This document shows, one piece after another, positions 30,074-40,492 of a stretch of 64,000 nt of DNA. The stretch is from a virus. A program made the translations under genes and the position numbers. The stretch is taken from the IMG/VR virus record IMGVR_UViG_3300021963_007958. One strand, 5' to 3'. The notes beneath the pieces were generated by a model. It saw only the letters and a program-made list of their open reading frames with translations, ran no database searches and was not told the origin of the DNA. Numbering within the stretch: position 1 is the stretch's first letter; each line of letters starts with the position of its first letter.

Positions 30074-30451
30074 TTAATAAGCCTGATACGACTTTTCTTC
30101 CACTAGGGAAGATCCAGAGGCAAGATTTATCTCTTTCTTTACCCTGGCTCTTTCGTCGTTAGTAAAGTAGACCTCTCTAGCTAGAGAAATAAATTCTTGA
30201 CCAAAGTCCTTTCTTCTCTCGCACTCTCTGATGTCATCTTCAACATTCCATAGTTTTTGATTGATGGACTTTAATTCCGAATAAAGCGAGCTAATAGAAG
30301 AATTCCTAAGAAGATCTGTGCAGTCATTAGTTAACTCTCTGTATTCATTTTCGATATTAACTAGCTTAGATGGGTCTGTGATGTTTCCCATTTTAATTTC
30401 TAGAATTGAAAATTTATCTAAAAGTTCTCCGTTGGAAATTTCTACTTTCAT
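30074..30451 (-). CDS. DUF6165-like protein
   Basis: VEISNGELLDKFSILEIK...LWNVEDDIRECE...FISLAREVYFTNDERA...EEKSY. Confidence 0.75.
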   Translation of the reverse strand: MKVEISNGELLDKFSILEIKMGNITDPSKLVNIENEYRELTNDCTDLLRNSSISSLYSELKSINQKLWNVEDDIRECERRKDFGQEFISLAREVYFTNDERARVKKEINLASGSSLVEEKSYQAY

Positions 30452-30462
30452 AATTAAATTAG

Positions 30463-30552
30463 TGGCGGAGGCTTAGGGATTCGAACCCCAGGATGCCTTT
30501 CAACATCTTCAGTTTTCAAGACTGACGCAATCGACCGCTCTGCCAAACCTCC
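30463..30552 (-). tRNA. tRNA-Ser (anticodon UGA), CCA encoded
   Basis: GGAGGTTTGGCAGAGCGG...TCAGT-CTTGAAA-ACTGA, long variable arm, GTTCGAATC, CCTCCGCCA. Confidence 0.95.
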
Positions 30553-30563
30553 GTATTTAATAT

Positions 30564-30592
30564 ATTATATCTGTCTAAAATAGATTTGTTTC
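30564..30592 (-). promoter_or_regulatory. GAAAC-N18-TATAAT promoter of tRNA-Ser
   Basis: -10 element 11 nt before the tRNA 5' end. Confidence 0.6.
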
Positions 30593-30593
30593 G

Positions 30594-31301
30594 TCAGTTT
30601 CTAAAGAAGTCGTGTCCTCCTCTGACAGACTTATCCAAAAAAAGAACTTTAGATCCATCTTTAATTGGGGTCATGTTTTCTGCAACCGCAAAGGGATGAT
30701 CCAAAACTAAAGCAGGGGGATTGTCGTAGAAATATCTGTTTAGATGAGACTCGTCGTGCCAAACTGCAATAATCCCCCTAGATAGATCGTCTTGAATATT
30801 CTCAAAGATCAACTCTGACATTTTAACAAACTCTTTAGAAGATCCCCCGAAAAATCCTCCGCAAAAGTATCTACTATCCGACCCGGTTGGAATACATGCC
30901 TTGCTCTCTGAATTTCTTTCTGGAGACCCTGGACCAACGAAAAGACACGGATGAATAGTTCCAAACATCCCCGGCTTGAGGATATCTGTCGATATTTCTT
31001 TGATGAACAAAGAGTCAACATCAACATAAAAACAGTAATCCGATTTCAATAGCTCATTACTTGCGGAAAGAAAATAATCAAATCTTTTTAGAGTTGTAAA
31101 AGGCCAAGGCTCATGCTGTATTTCATTCTTAATAAATTTAATTCTCTTATATGAATTAAGGCTGATAGGAAGATCTAGATTAGTGTGAACTATCACAGTA
31201 ATCTCTGCCTCGGGGAAGAAAAATTCATCTATTGATGGGCAGACGATATCCAAAAAAGAGATATACTTGTTTGTTGCAATTAAATTTAAAGCTATTTTCA
31301 T
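30594..31301 (-). CDS. GT6 (ABO-type alpha-1,3-Gal/GalNAc) glycosyltransferase
   Basis: IATNKY, WPFTTLKRF, YVDVD, YFCGGFFGG, AVWHDESHLNRYF. Confidence 0.9.
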   Translation of the reverse strand: MKIALNLIATNKYISFLDIVCPSIDEFFFPEAEITVIVHTNLDLPISLNSYKRIKFIKNEIQHEPWPFTTLKRFDYFLSASNELLKSDYCFYVDVDSLFIKEISTDILKPGMFGTIHPCLFVGPGSPERNSESKACIPTGSDSRYFCGGFFGGSSKEFVKMSELIFENIQDDLSRGIIAVWHDESHLNRYFYDNPPALVLDHPFAVAENMTPIKDGSKVLFLDKSVRGGHDFFRN

Positions 31302-32023
31302 TTTAAAGATGTTGGACTTACTTGTGGTTTTGGTACAACCTCAGTCTTTCTGAGGGTAGCAGCTCCATTTGAGTTGTCCCCTGTAATCTGAGAAGAGTGA
31401 AGTCTATAATTTAAAAGATAATCATCAACGATGAACATTTTAAATCCACCCTCAGAAGCTCTCTTCCAAAGAAGAAAATCCTCCTGAGGGATTTCGGATG
31501 GGATGTATCTATTATGCTCCCAAAAATTCTTAGAAAAAGCAACAGAAGGATGTGCTATTACATTGTGTCCCCCTGAAAGATTTTTTTCTATCTGTCCCAT
31601 GTCAGCTAAGTTAATGTATTTAAGTGTGGTATCGGTTCCGTTTCTCTCCTCGAAATAACACATGTTGCTGGAAACTAAATCCATTCCGTTCTTCAGCTCC
31701 ACCATCTGCTTTTCGATTCTATTTGGATTGTAAAAATCGTCCAGATTTGTATTAAACACAAAATCGCAACCGTCAGAAAATGCACGATCTATAATAAAGT
31801 TCATTGCTTCCGCGTGATTTGAGAATTTTTTACTGTGGAATTCTCTTTCTTGGTCATGTGAAATTCCTTCAAAGATAGAATAGTCATCTCCTCCATAATT
31901 AATCTCGTAGATCTTGAAGTCATTATCTCTTTGAAATATCATAGAATTGATACATCTATCCACCCACCTTTTCGGGTAGATCATTTGGATTTCCTTATGG
32001 AAAAAAATAACTCCTTTTTTCAT
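31298..32023 (-). CDS. GT2-like glycosyltransferase
   Basis: NLDDFYNPNRIEKQ, IAHPSV, EDFLLW, YRLHSSQ. Confidence 0.8.
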   Translation of the reverse strand: MKKGVIFFHKEIQMIYPKRWVDRCINSMIFQRDNDFKIYEINYGGDDYSIFEGISHDQEREFHSKKFSNHAEAMNFIIDRAFSDGCDFVFNTNLDDFYNPNRIEKQMVELKNGMDLVSSNMCYFEERNGTDTTLKYINLADMGQIEKNLSGGHNVIAHPSVAFSKNFWEHNRYIPSEIPQEDFLLWKRASEGGFKMFIVDDYLLNYRLHSSQITGDNSNGAATLRKTEVVPKPQVSPTSLK

Positions 32024-32547
32024 GATCGGATGTATGCAACGAGAATATCTTGATCTTGATGACCGTTCAGAAATTCAAATTTATACTCTGGATTTATCTC
32101 TTCTAGCTTTTTATAGATGTCGTCTTTAAAAAATCCATGAACCGGATTTGGCTCCTCCCAGCATCTCATATCGTCTATCATGATGGTATGATCTTTGATT
32201 GGATGATCTTTAATTGCATCTAACTCTTGCATAAGAGGGGTCCAATAATCTCCAAGAGCTGTGTCCCCACAAGAGTGATGGCCATCTAGCCAGAATGTGA
32301 TTTTTTTGTCTATCCCTCTAATAACATCCGGAAGAACTTTATATGAGTCCCCGTGGACAATTTTCACTCTAGGATTTGATTCGAATCTTTTTCTGGTCTC
32401 CTCAAAATATTTATCGGATAGCTCGATGGAGATAACTTCAGGGAATCCTGCTTCTAGAGCCTGTTGAACCCCGTCTCCGATTAGAGATCCGGTTTCGATG
32501 AAGATCTCATTTTTATGTCTTCTAAAATTTTCTGTATTTGATGGCAT
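32020..32547 (-). CDS. Class I SAM methyltransferase
   Basis: FIETGS, SIEL, HGDS, FWLDGH, IMIDD. Confidence 0.7.
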   Translation of the reverse strand: MPSNTENFRRHKNEIFIETGSLIGDGVQQALEAGFPEVISIELSDKYFEETRKRFESNPRVKIVHGDSYKVLPDVIRGIDKKITFWLDGHHSCGDTALGDYWTPLMQELDAIKDHPIKDHTIMIDDMRCWEEPNPVHGFFKDDIYKKLEEINPEYKFEFLNGHQDQDILVAYIRS

Positions 32548-32555
32548 GATATATC

Positions 32556-33218
32556 TTAAATTTCCATTCCCATACTTTTGATTGTTTCAAAAAGAAATTG
32601 GTTTTTTTCTTCTAGTGTGTTTTGTGAGGTTGGCATCCAGCAAGATCCATTGAGATAGTGTACTGCAAGATCCGAAATCTTAATAATAACTTTGGAATTT
32701 TGAAGAAACCCCGTGGTTGGATTCCCTAGATATTCTTCTTGGACCCACTTTACTCTATTTCCTGCATCAACCAGAATGTGAGTTCCTCCCCCAGTGTCAA
32801 ATCCTGAATGTGGAGAAAAATCTACATGGGAAACAGAAATTCCCCTTCTGCCAACTATAAATCCTGGCCAGAGATAGGATTTTCCGTTATTGATCTGTTG
32901 AATAGAAATAAGATCGAAATCACTTAGATCTATATTTTTACATATGAAGATGTCGTGGTCTGTTATACACCAGTCTTCAGATTGATCTATGATACCTCTT
33001 AAAAAATTTAAAGCAGATCCGTGGGACATTGAAGAACTCATCCCTACTGGGTGTGTGTGATTGTGACATTCAACCCCTAGCTCTCTGCACTTGGATTCGA
33101 TTGCTGGACTTGCCTGATTGTTAATAACAACTAGCTTATATCCTTCTAATTTATCTAGACACTTCTTTTGTATTTCAACAAAGTCTGGTCTATTAAAGTG
33201 AACTGAATAAACTTTCAT
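32556..33218 (-). CDS. Putative GT-A glycosyltransferase
   Basis: NRPDF, SHGSALN, TDHDIF, DTGG. Confidence 0.55.
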   Translation of the reverse strand: MKVYSVHFNRPDFVEIQKKCLDKLEGYKLVVINNQASPAIESKCRELGVECHNHTHPVGMSSSMSHGSALNFLRGIIDQSEDWCITDHDIFICKNIDLSDFDLISIQQINNGKSYLWPGFIVGRRGISVSHVDFSPHSGFDTGGGTHILVDAGNRVKWVQEEYLGNPTTGFLQNSKVIIKISDLAVHYLNGSCWMPTSQNTLEEKNQFLFETIKSMGMEI

Positions 33219-33225
33219 GATTTAA

Positions 33226-33254
33226 GTTATAGTTTTATTTACAGGGCAAGTTTC
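33226..33254 (-). promoter_or_regulatory. GAAAC-N18-TATAAC promoter
   Basis: Fills the intergenic gap upstream of 33218. Confidence 0.5.
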
Positions 33255-33257
33255 TTT

Positions 33258-34358
33258 TTATCCCAATTCTTTCTTTGATTTTGAGAGGGCGGATGCAATT
33301 ACCTGATGCATATCATAGTACTTATACTCGGCAAGTCTACCTCCAAAAATGAAATTACTTAATTTCTCAGACTCTTTTTTGTAGAGGGAATATATTTTAT
33401 TATTCTTCCCGTCATTAATTGGATAATAAGGAATATCTCCTCTTGAATATTCTTTTGGGTATTCTCGGGTTATCCAGGTAACATCAGACTTTGACCCTTC
33501 AAAGTGCTTGTGTTCTGTTATTCTGGTATGAGAAATTTCTTTCTCTGTATAATTAACTATTGAGCATCCCTGATAGTCCTCAGTCTCCACTCTCTCATTT
33601 TGAAAATCCAGAGATCTATATTCAAGCTCTCCGAATTTGTAATTAAAAAATCTATCTATTTTTCCGGTAAAGATGATCTTATCTGATATTGAATTATAGT
33701 ATTTAGAATCCGAAAAATAGTCCACCCCAGTTTTAACCTCAATCCCATCTAGAATATTTTGGATCATTTGAGTATATCCTCCCACAGGAATTCCTTGATA
33801 TTGATCAAAGAAATAATTATCATCGAAAGTAAAACGAATAGGAATTCTTTTTATTATGGAAACAGGAAGATTTTTTGGATCTCTTCCCCACTGCTTAAAA
33901 GTGTATCCTTTAATAAAAATTTCATAGATCTCCTCTCCAACCTGGCTCAAAGCCCATTCTTCTAGATTCTTTGGATTTTTAATAGGAACTGCTTTTTCTT
34001 TAATTTTATCTATGGCTTCTTGGGGAGTTTTAGTTCCCCAGACCTGATGGAGAGTTAGAAGATTAATCGGGAAAGAGTAAATTTTATCTCGGTAACTTAC
34101 TCTAGGGGAGTGTTTATACGCACGAAATTCAGAAAACCTATTGACATAATCCCAGATCCTTTTATCGTCCGTATGGAAGATGTGAGGACCATATACGTGG
34201 ATGTTTATCCCATCTTTTTGTTCAGTATAACAGTTTCCAGCAATGTGGTTTCTTTCTTCTATAAGAAGGCACTTTTTCCCCTTGTCGGTAGCTTCTCTAG
34301 CAAAAACGGATCCAAATAATCCAGATCCTACTATTAGATAATCATACTTTTTTGTCAT
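33258..34358 (-). CDS. glf: UDP-galactopyranose mutase
   Basis: IVGSGLFG, HIAGNCY, YGPHIFHT, YQGIP, LEYRSL, PYYP, GRLAEYKYYDM. Confidence 0.97.
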   Translation of the reverse strand: MTKKYDYLIVGSGLFGSVFAREATDKGKKCLLIEERNHIAGNCYTEQKDGINIHVYGPHIFHTDDKRIWDYVNRFSEFRAYKHSPRVSYRDKIYSFPINLLTLHQVWGTKTPQEAIDKIKEKAVPIKNPKNLEEWALSQVGEEIYEIFIKGYTFKQWGRDPKNLPVSIIKRIPIRFTFDDNYFFDQYQGIPVGGYTQMIQNILDGIEVKTGVDYFSDSKYYNSISDKIIFTGKIDRFFNYKFGELEYRSLDFQNERVETEDYQGCSIVNYTEKEISHTRITEHKHFEGSKSDVTWITREYPKEYSRGDIPYYPINDGKNNKIYSLYKKESEKLSNFIFGGRLAEYKYYDMHQVIASALSKSKKELG

Positions 34359-34999
34359 TAATTAAATATCAAATACCAAGACCTTTCAAATGCATGTCCT
34401 TCTGACGGATTAGTGACATCAGAACTTTTATCTAATATTTCGAGACATCGGGTGTAAAATTCTTTTGAATTTTTGTTTATTAAATCTTTAGACACACCAA
34501 AAATTGCTCCAGTTCCAAATATCCATTTCTTAGATCTGATATCTGGAATAATTTCAAGAGGGACAGTTAAACAACAAGAATTAAGAGAGTGCTTATTTCT
34601 CCAAAAAGATCCGTTTAGATTTCCACTTTCCTCTACTCCATCATCCACAATTTTCATTTCTAACACGTTTTTGGAGAAATATTTAAATCCGATTTCCGAA
34701 TCCAAGAATTTATGAATCTCGGATTTAAAATTCTCCGATACATGGTCATCTGGGTGAGCTTGGGTAAAAATAATTCTTTCGGGGAGACTATCAAAAAATT
34801 TTACAATGTGATAGAGATATGTTTGAGATTCCCTCCCAATATTCTCCATATTAATTATGGACACTCCCGGTCCAAAATCAATTTCGATTTTTTGACCTTT
34901 ATTATAGATGAAAACTTGAGTGTCTTCTCCGGAGATGTCTTTTACCCAAGACAAGTCTTCATTATATCTAGCAACTACTATGTGATTTTTTTGACTCAT
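34358..34999 (-). CDS. DUF3431-like protein
   Basis: IVVARYNEDLSW, NIGRESQTYLYHI, FTQAHP, GHAFERSW. Confidence 0.75.
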   Translation of the reverse strand: MSQKNHIVVARYNEDLSWVKDISGEDTQVFIYNKGQKIEIDFGPGVSIINMENIGRESQTYLYHIVKFFDSLPERIIFTQAHPDDHVSENFKSEIHKFLDSEIGFKYFSKNVLEMKIVDDGVEESGNLNGSFWRNKHSLNSCCLTVPLEIIPDIRSKKWIFGTGAIFGVSKDLINKNSKEFYTRCLEILDKSSDVTNPSEGHAFERSWYLIFN

Positions 35000-35586
35000 T
35001 ATTCCTTAATTGCCCACCAAACGTGACCATCTGCTTCAACTATGCTAAGACCATTTTGTTCCGCAAATCTATTTACTGCATCAGAAACCCCAGGAAAATT
35101 AGAATGATTATAGTCGTGACCCGAAATCATCCCACCTTTCCTTATTTTTGGGAACCAGTGATTAAGATCCTCTGTTACCCCTTCGTCAGTATGAAGAGCA
35201 TCGATAAAAACAAAATCTAATTCCTCTTGAACGTCCGAAGAAGCATCCGTAGTTGACTTTCTAATTAAAGTAAATCTATCTCCAAACTGGGACATTCTAT
35301 TTAGAGTAAACTCATATAGATCATCATAATTTTTCTGTTGATAAGAAATCCCATCCCAGAAAAAAGCATCCGTTGTATTTCCATAGTTTTGATATAAGTC
35401 AACACCATACAATTTTTCGATCTGGGTATTTTCTAAAATTTGTTCAGAGTGACCTCCAAAAGCAACACCAAGTTCAGCTCCCTTTTTATACCCTCTATCG
35501 TTAATGATTGCCGGAATTACATGATAATATAAATCCCCCCAGCTTTTGTCTGCTTGGTCTGCGTGTAAATGTGAAATATTTTCCAT
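34999..35586 (-). CDS. Methyltransf_24-like SAM methyltransferase
   Basis: AELGVAFG, LDFVFIDALH, GGMISGHDY. Confidence 0.85.
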   Translation of the reverse strand: MENISHLHADQADKSWGDLYYHVIPAIINDRGYKKGAELGVAFGGHSEQILENTQIEKLYGVDLYQNYGNTTDAFFWDGISYQQKNYDDLYEFTLNRMSQFGDRFTLIRKSTTDASSDVQEELDFVFIDALHTDEGVTEDLNHWFPKIRKGGMISGHDYNHSNFPGVSDAVNRFAEQNGLSIVEADGHVWWAIKE

Positions 35587-36350
35587 TAGATTGTTTCAGA
35601 TTTAAATTTTTGTAAAATTCTGGAATTATAAATCCCGGAGAGGTTCGAGGTGTTTGTCCAGTGGCTTCCCGGGTGCATTCTATGATAGTATTCTGCTTTA
35701 TTCAGAACCTTAATTTTTCCTCCTGATTTCATCCAGTAGTAATTAAATGCAATTGCATCGCATCCGTATGGTTCCCTCATAGAATGATCTTCCTCTTCAA
35801 AAATCAGAGGAGCTCTTTCTAGATAAAATTTTCTATAAGAAAAGAAATTTCCCGCATTCAAAAGTCCATCAAATCCATAGTCTTTATCGTGAATCGGTTT
35901 GACCTCATTGAATCCAATAGGGTCATTTCCAAATCTTCCGTGGTCCCAGCATCCCTCACATCTTCCCCAAGGTTCTACATTTCCATTTGCTAGCATCATA
36001 TCTGCATAATATGAAACGTTGGAGTCCCATGGAAATTCCGAATATAGACTATCCAGATAACTTTTGTAAAGATAGTTATCAGAATCTAAAAGGATTACCC
36101 AATCTAGTGTGCAATTTTTAATTGTCTCCAGTTTATTCTTATAAGCTCCAAGGTTAGATGAATTTCTAAAAACCTTAATTTTCTCACTCCTATCTTTCAA
36201 TTTTAAAACATTCTGAAAATCTGATTCTGGAGAGAAATCATCATTGATTACAATTTCTCCTATTCGGTCATCGTGGAGAATATTATTAAGACACTCTTCA
36301 AGAAGAGCTGATCGATTATAATGAGGGATTCCTACTGCTATTTTTTCCAT
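35586..36350 (-). CDS. GT2 glycosyltransferase
   Basis: IPHYNR, INDDFS, NLGAYKN, LLDSDN. Confidence 0.85.
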   Translation of the reverse strand: MEKIAVGIPHYNRSALLEECLNNILHDDRIGEIVINDDFSPESDFQNVLKLKDRSEKIKVFRNSSNLGAYKNKLETIKNCTLDWVILLDSDNYLYKSYLDSLYSEFPWDSNVSYYADMMLANGNVEPWGRCEGCWDHGRFGNDPIGFNEVKPIHDKDYGFDGLLNAGNFFSYRKFYLERAPLIFEEEDHSMREPYGCDAIAFNYYWMKSGGKIKVLNKAEYYHRMHPGSHWTNTSNLSGIYNSRILQKFKSETI

Positions 36351-36351
36351 T

Positions 36352-37203
36352 TTATTTAAATTCCTTTACTGTTTGTGTTATAGAAGAAGAACATCCTTCC
36401 ATAGTGAAAAACTTGGGATAAATTTCGTTGATGTATTTTCTTCTTTCCTCAATTTCTTCCTTGGATATAGAGTCAATAATTTCCGGGATCTTTTCTATAT
36501 CTTTCTCCTTTAAAAGAACAGCTAGTTTATTCCAATCCACTTTATCCGAGAAAGGAAGCCAGTGGTCCACATCATCCTCAACAATATAAATCGGAATTGC
36601 TCCAACTTCTAAAGTTTCATATAGTCTAAATGAACTTACTCCATATCCTCTTGGACAAAGGGAGAAAGTAGACTGTTGAAGATGATCTAAGAATAAAGTA
36701 ACATCATCCCCAGAATCTTTCAAATAAAATCCGGGAAGTCCAGTAAGGACCTCGAACATTTTGGGTCTAACCCTGCTCCCTATCCTTCCAATAAAAGAAG
36801 CCTTATAGGTGTCATTCTCCCATTTTGCTCCGTGGGGATCGCATAGAAGGGGAATTGGAAAATCCTTCATGACCGTAGAGCTATTTCCACAGCAGGAAAA
36901 AGTGATTAGATTCGGCATAGACACCCTTACTCCATCGTCATATTGAACAACGGTAAAATAAGTTTTATCTTTAGGAAGAGAATCACAGAATGCTTGAAGT
37001 TCTTGATATGAATTTCCCCAGTTATGACTGACATGATATGAAGTCCAAAAAATAGGAAGATAACAAAGATCTGTTTCAATGTGATCTTTATTTCTTAGAG
37101 CATACTGATAGAAGTATTCCTCTATTAAAAGTCCAGATTGATGGACCGGATAATTGAAGGGCATCCTTTCCCTAAATCTATCAGGGGTTTGTACTATTTC
37201 CAT
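36352..37203 (-). CDS. Exostosin-family (GT47) protein
   Basis: STFSLCPRGYGVSSFRLYETLEVGAIPIYI...LPFSDKVDW. Confidence 0.85.
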   Translation of the reverse strand: MEIVQTPDRFRERMPFNYPVHQSGLLIEEYFYQYALRNKDHIETDLCYLPIFWTSYHVSHNWGNSYQELQAFCDSLPKDKTYFTVVQYDDGVRVSMPNLITFSCCGNSSTVMKDFPIPLLCDPHGAKWENDTYKASFIGRIGSRVRPKMFEVLTGLPGFYLKDSGDDVTLFLDHLQQSTFSLCPRGYGVSSFRLYETLEVGAIPIYIVEDDVDHWLPFSDKVDWNKLAVLLKEKDIEKIPEIIDSISKEEIEERRKYINEIYPKFFTMEGCSSSITQTVKEFK

Positions 37204-37745
37204 TATATGATAGAGAATTTTTTCTTCACACCATCTGGAGTTGCATGAACACTCTCTAGAGTTAAAATAGGTCTTCCAGTTCTTTCTGAAATAACCTCTG
37301 CTTTTCTATAGTGAAACTTATCATGAGTATCATCAACCAATACGGTTTTACTGAGATCAAAAAGATCTAAATAACTAAGCAATCCTCCTCTATATCCCTT
37401 AGGACCATCTACCAATATTAAGTCGTAATTCCCAACATTTTTCATCTCTTCTTTTAGAACTTCAGGGTCGTACCAGTGAGAGTCCTCTTGGAAAAAATCC
37501 CACATGAAAGGAAATTTCTCTTTAGAATATGGAATCAATGGAACCGAAAGATATTGAGAGTCATATTTCCCGATAAAGTTGGGATCATCTTCAATAGAGA
37601 TCATTTTATATTCTCTAGAAAGAACCTCAGTTCCTGATCCGCTTCCAAGTTCTAGAATAGTGCTTCCTTTGGGAAGTATTTTCTGGATTTCCAAGAAAGT
37701 CTCGGGACAAAGTCCCCATCCGTCGTAATTGTAATTTTCTATCAT
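37203..37745 (-). CDS. Class I SAM methyltransferase
   Basis: ILELGSGSGT, YDLILVDGP, VLVDD. Confidence 0.75.
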   Translation of the reverse strand: MIENYNYDGWGLCPETFLEIQKILPKGSTILELGSGSGTEVLSREYKMISIEDDPNFIGKYDSQYLSVPLIPYSKEKFPFMWDFFQEDSHWYDPEVLKEEMKNVGNYDLILVDGPKGYRGGLLSYLDLFDLSKTVLVDDTHDKFHYRKAEVISERTGRPILTLESVHATPDGVKKKFSII

Positions 37746-37747
37746 TA

Positions 37748-38614
37748 TTATTTTAAAATTATTTCATTTCTTCCTGCTGTGTCTAGATAATCGATTCTAT
37801 CTATTCCTGAATAGTCATATCCATCTAGAATAAAATTAGTCCATTCACCAAAGTAAGGTCTTTCTAGGGAGGTTGTTCCTGCTAGTGCAGAAATCCCACA
37901 TCCAACATCGATAAAAACAGAATTTTTATAGTTTTTAAACTTATGGGCAACTGCTAACTTTGCTATTCCAATTCCGAAAATAAAAACATCTGCTTTAGAT
38001 TTAGAAAGGCCCTCACCAATTATTCTCTCAAGATTTTCCGGGTCATCACAAGAAAATCTCTCCGGAACTTCGATGTAATCTACAAATTCTTCAACTCCTA
38101 GATATTTTCTATATTCCTCCCTCTTCATCATCTCTTTGATGAGATGGATTTTTTCAGACCCTCCTATTATCCCAATGCTAGATGGGAATTGTTTAAATAT
38201 CCATCTGCTTGAAATTACAGAATAGGCAAATTCCATAGGAAAATCTATTTTTCTAAAATCTATTACCCTATTAAAATCTTCCGTCCATTCTGTATATAGT
38301 TGGGTCATTAAATAATCTGACTCTTTAATTCCATCCCAAAAAACAGATAAGTCGATAGAGTTTATATTTTTACTGAGATGTCTTCTAGGAATATTAGTTC
38401 CATCTACTCTCTTTTCCAAAAATCTAAATTCCCCATCTGCAACCCTCAGAAAAAGATTTGGTGTTTTATTTTTGACGGAATCTAAAATTATCTCCTTGAA
38501 TCTCGAAAAGTCCTCCTTAAAAGAAGGCCAAGTAGACTCCATATTATAGCAAGGATGATCTATATCATAAGAACAGATATTCCCAGTCCCCTCTATCTTA
38601 TACAGATCAATCAT
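37748..38614 (-). CDS. Putative glycosyltransferase (GT-D/DUF1792-like)
   Basis: RVADGE and FIDVG motifs reminiscent of the GT-D fold. Confidence 0.45.
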   Translation of the reverse strand: MIDLYKIEGTGNICSYDIDHPCYNMESTWPSFKEDFSRFKEIILDSVKNKTPNLFLRVADGEFRFLEKRVDGTNIPRRHLSKNINSIDLSVFWDGIKESDYLMTQLYTEWTEDFNRVIDFRKIDFPMEFAYSVISSRWIFKQFPSSIGIIGGSEKIHLIKEMMKREEYRKYLGVEEFVDYIEVPERFSCDDPENLERIIGEGLSKSKADVFIFGIGIAKLAVAHKFKNYKNSVFIDVGCGISALAGTTSLERPYFGEWTNFILDGYDYSGIDRIDYLDTAGRNEIILK

Positions 38615-39291
38615 TATTTCTTAAAGATGTCAAAATACTCCCCGAGTTTAATCTTGGTCCCCATTGTAATAGTTTCCTTGATTTCCTCTTCACTATATTT
38701 AGAATATGGAAGAACCCTAAAATCTATACTGATTCTGGTTTTCCCCGTATCGTTGATTTGGTTACCGTGGCTTAGATTTGCACCGTTCCAGATATAATAT
38801 TCTCCGTAGTGTGCATCCATAGGGGAAAAATCCCCGAGGTCTTCTTTACTTTCGGCCCAGATCGTATTATTCCCAATTGCATCTGTCAGTGGAAGGAAGA
38901 CGTTAATTTCGTCCGTTCCGTGACTGTAGTCCTTGTCTTTATGGAATGCAGCAACGCCTAGATTATTGGGAACCTGAATTCTAAAAGTTGGTATTTTCTG
39001 ATATAAAACATCTTCATCAAATCTGGGAAAGATCTCTTCCTTTAAAAATTCCAGATATAGGTCAAAAAAGTTAGTCTCCCAAATCTTTTCATAGAATCTC
39101 TTATGAAGGTGAGTTCCTTGATCTGTTTCGATGGTTAAAATTCCAAAATTGCAGTCTTGGGATAAATGTATTTGTGAAAGGTCCTCTTCCGAAAAAACCT
39201 CAGTTAAGCATTCCCTTAACTTAATTTTAGTTAAATCAAAATTAAATTTTATTCTTCCTGCCTCTTTTATTTGCTCTGATAGATTATTCAT
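38614..39291 (-). CDS. StrG-like 2OG-Fe(II) dioxygenase
   Basis: YQKIPTFRIQVP, FHKD (HxD), INVFLPLTD, LSHGN, TRISIDFR. Confidence 0.75.
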   Translation of the reverse strand: MNNLSEQIKEAGRIKFNFDLTKIKLRECLTEVFSEEDLSQIHLSQDCNFGILTIETDQGTHLHKRFYEKIWETNFFDLYLEFLKEEIFPRFDEDVLYQKIPTFRIQVPNNLGVAAFHKDKDYSHGTDEINVFLPLTDAIGNNTIWAESKEDLGDFSPMDAHYGEYYIWNGANLSHGNQINDTGKTRISIDFRVLPYSKYSEEEIKETITMGTKIKLGEYFDIFKK

Positions 39292-39294
39292 TTC

Positions 39295-40491
39295 TTACCA
39301 TCCTTTCTTGATACATTCAACAATATATTCTCTCTGTTCTGGAGTTACCCACCATCCACACGGGATGCAAATCATCTCATCTACCAATTTTTCCAAATCG
39401 GGTAATAGAGTTTTATATTCTGAAACACAAGAATGTTTATCGTTTCTTTCATGAACCCGGCTTACCATAATGTTGCAATCCCTCATATGATCCATGAATC
39501 TGTCTCTATTCTTAACTTTGATAGTATAAATCCAATATGTAGACTGTCTATCTTCTTTACATTCCATCAGTTCCACCCCTTCTACTCCCCGTAGATTTTC
39601 ATTATAGAAATTGGCATTTTCTATGTTTTTTTCTAATAATTTTTCCGTCACTGTATGGAAGTTATTGATCCCAATCGTTGCATTAATGTCGTTCATGTGG
39701 AATTTAAATCCCCATTCTTTTATGTCATCTTCACATCTAAAATCTTTACTATTGGTCTCCCTATCAATACCATACCATCTCATTAGTTTCCCCCTGTCAT
39801 ATAGATCTTTATGAGGAACAACTAAAGCTCCCCCGTCCCCGGTAGTTAAATGTTTAATAGCCTGGAAACTAAATGTACATATGTTTCCGTGATTTCCAAT
39901 TTTTTTTCCTTTATAAGTACTGCCGAATGCGTGAGCACAGTCTTCTATTATAGCAGGTTTAAATCCTATGATTTTGGAAGCTTGATATTGAATGTTTGAT
40001 AATCTATCCAAGTCTACTGGATATCCTCCCCAATGAACTACCATAATAGCCTTCGTTTTTGGAGTTATTTTTCTAGCCAAATCATCCAGATCCATATTAC
40101 AAGTGTTTGGATCTACATCTACCCATTTTATTTTAAATCCATTAGCAAGAATTGGCCAGTTGGTAGCAGTACAAGTTAGAGGAGTCGTTAAAATTTCATC
40201 CCCGGGGTTTATCCCAGGCCAGTAGGAAGAATATGAAGCAACCCCATCTATAACAGAATTACTAGACAGAGGATTTTTTAGTAAATGTAGAGCTAAATGT
40301 TCTGCTGAAGTTGCGGCATTCGTCGTTAAAACTAAATAATTTCTAAAATAATTCTTCAGGAGAGTTTCAAACTCTTCTACTTTAGCTCCTTGGCCGATAA
40401 ATCCAGAATATAAAATTTTATTAACTTCTTCTCCTACTTTATCATCAACAAAGACTTTGAATAAAGGTATAATTTCTTTTGGCTTTTTCAT
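39295..40491 (-). CDS. DegT/DnrJ/EryC1 sugar aminotransferase
   Basis: VVHWGG, IEDCAHA, FSFQAIKHLTTGDGG, GFKFHM. Confidence 0.92.
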   Translation of the reverse strand: MKKPKEIIPLFKVFVDDKVGEEVNKILYSGFIGQGAKVEEFETLLKNYFRNYLVLTTNAATSAEHLALHLLKNPLSSNSVIDGVASYSSYWPGINPGDEILTTPLTCTATNWPILANGFKIKWVDVDPNTCNMDLDDLARKITPKTKAIMVVHWGGYPVDLDRLSNIQYQASKIIGFKPAIIEDCAHAFGSTYKGKKIGNHGNICTFSFQAIKHLTTGDGGALVVPHKDLYDRGKLMRWYGIDRETNSKDFRCEDDIKEWGFKFHMNDINATIGINNFHTVTEKLLEKNIENANFYNENLRGVEGVELMECKEDRQSTYWIYTIKVKNRDRFMDHMRDCNIMVSRVHERNDKHSCVSEYKTLLPDLEKLVDEMICIPCGWWVTPEQREYIVECIKKGW

Positions 40492-40492
40492 A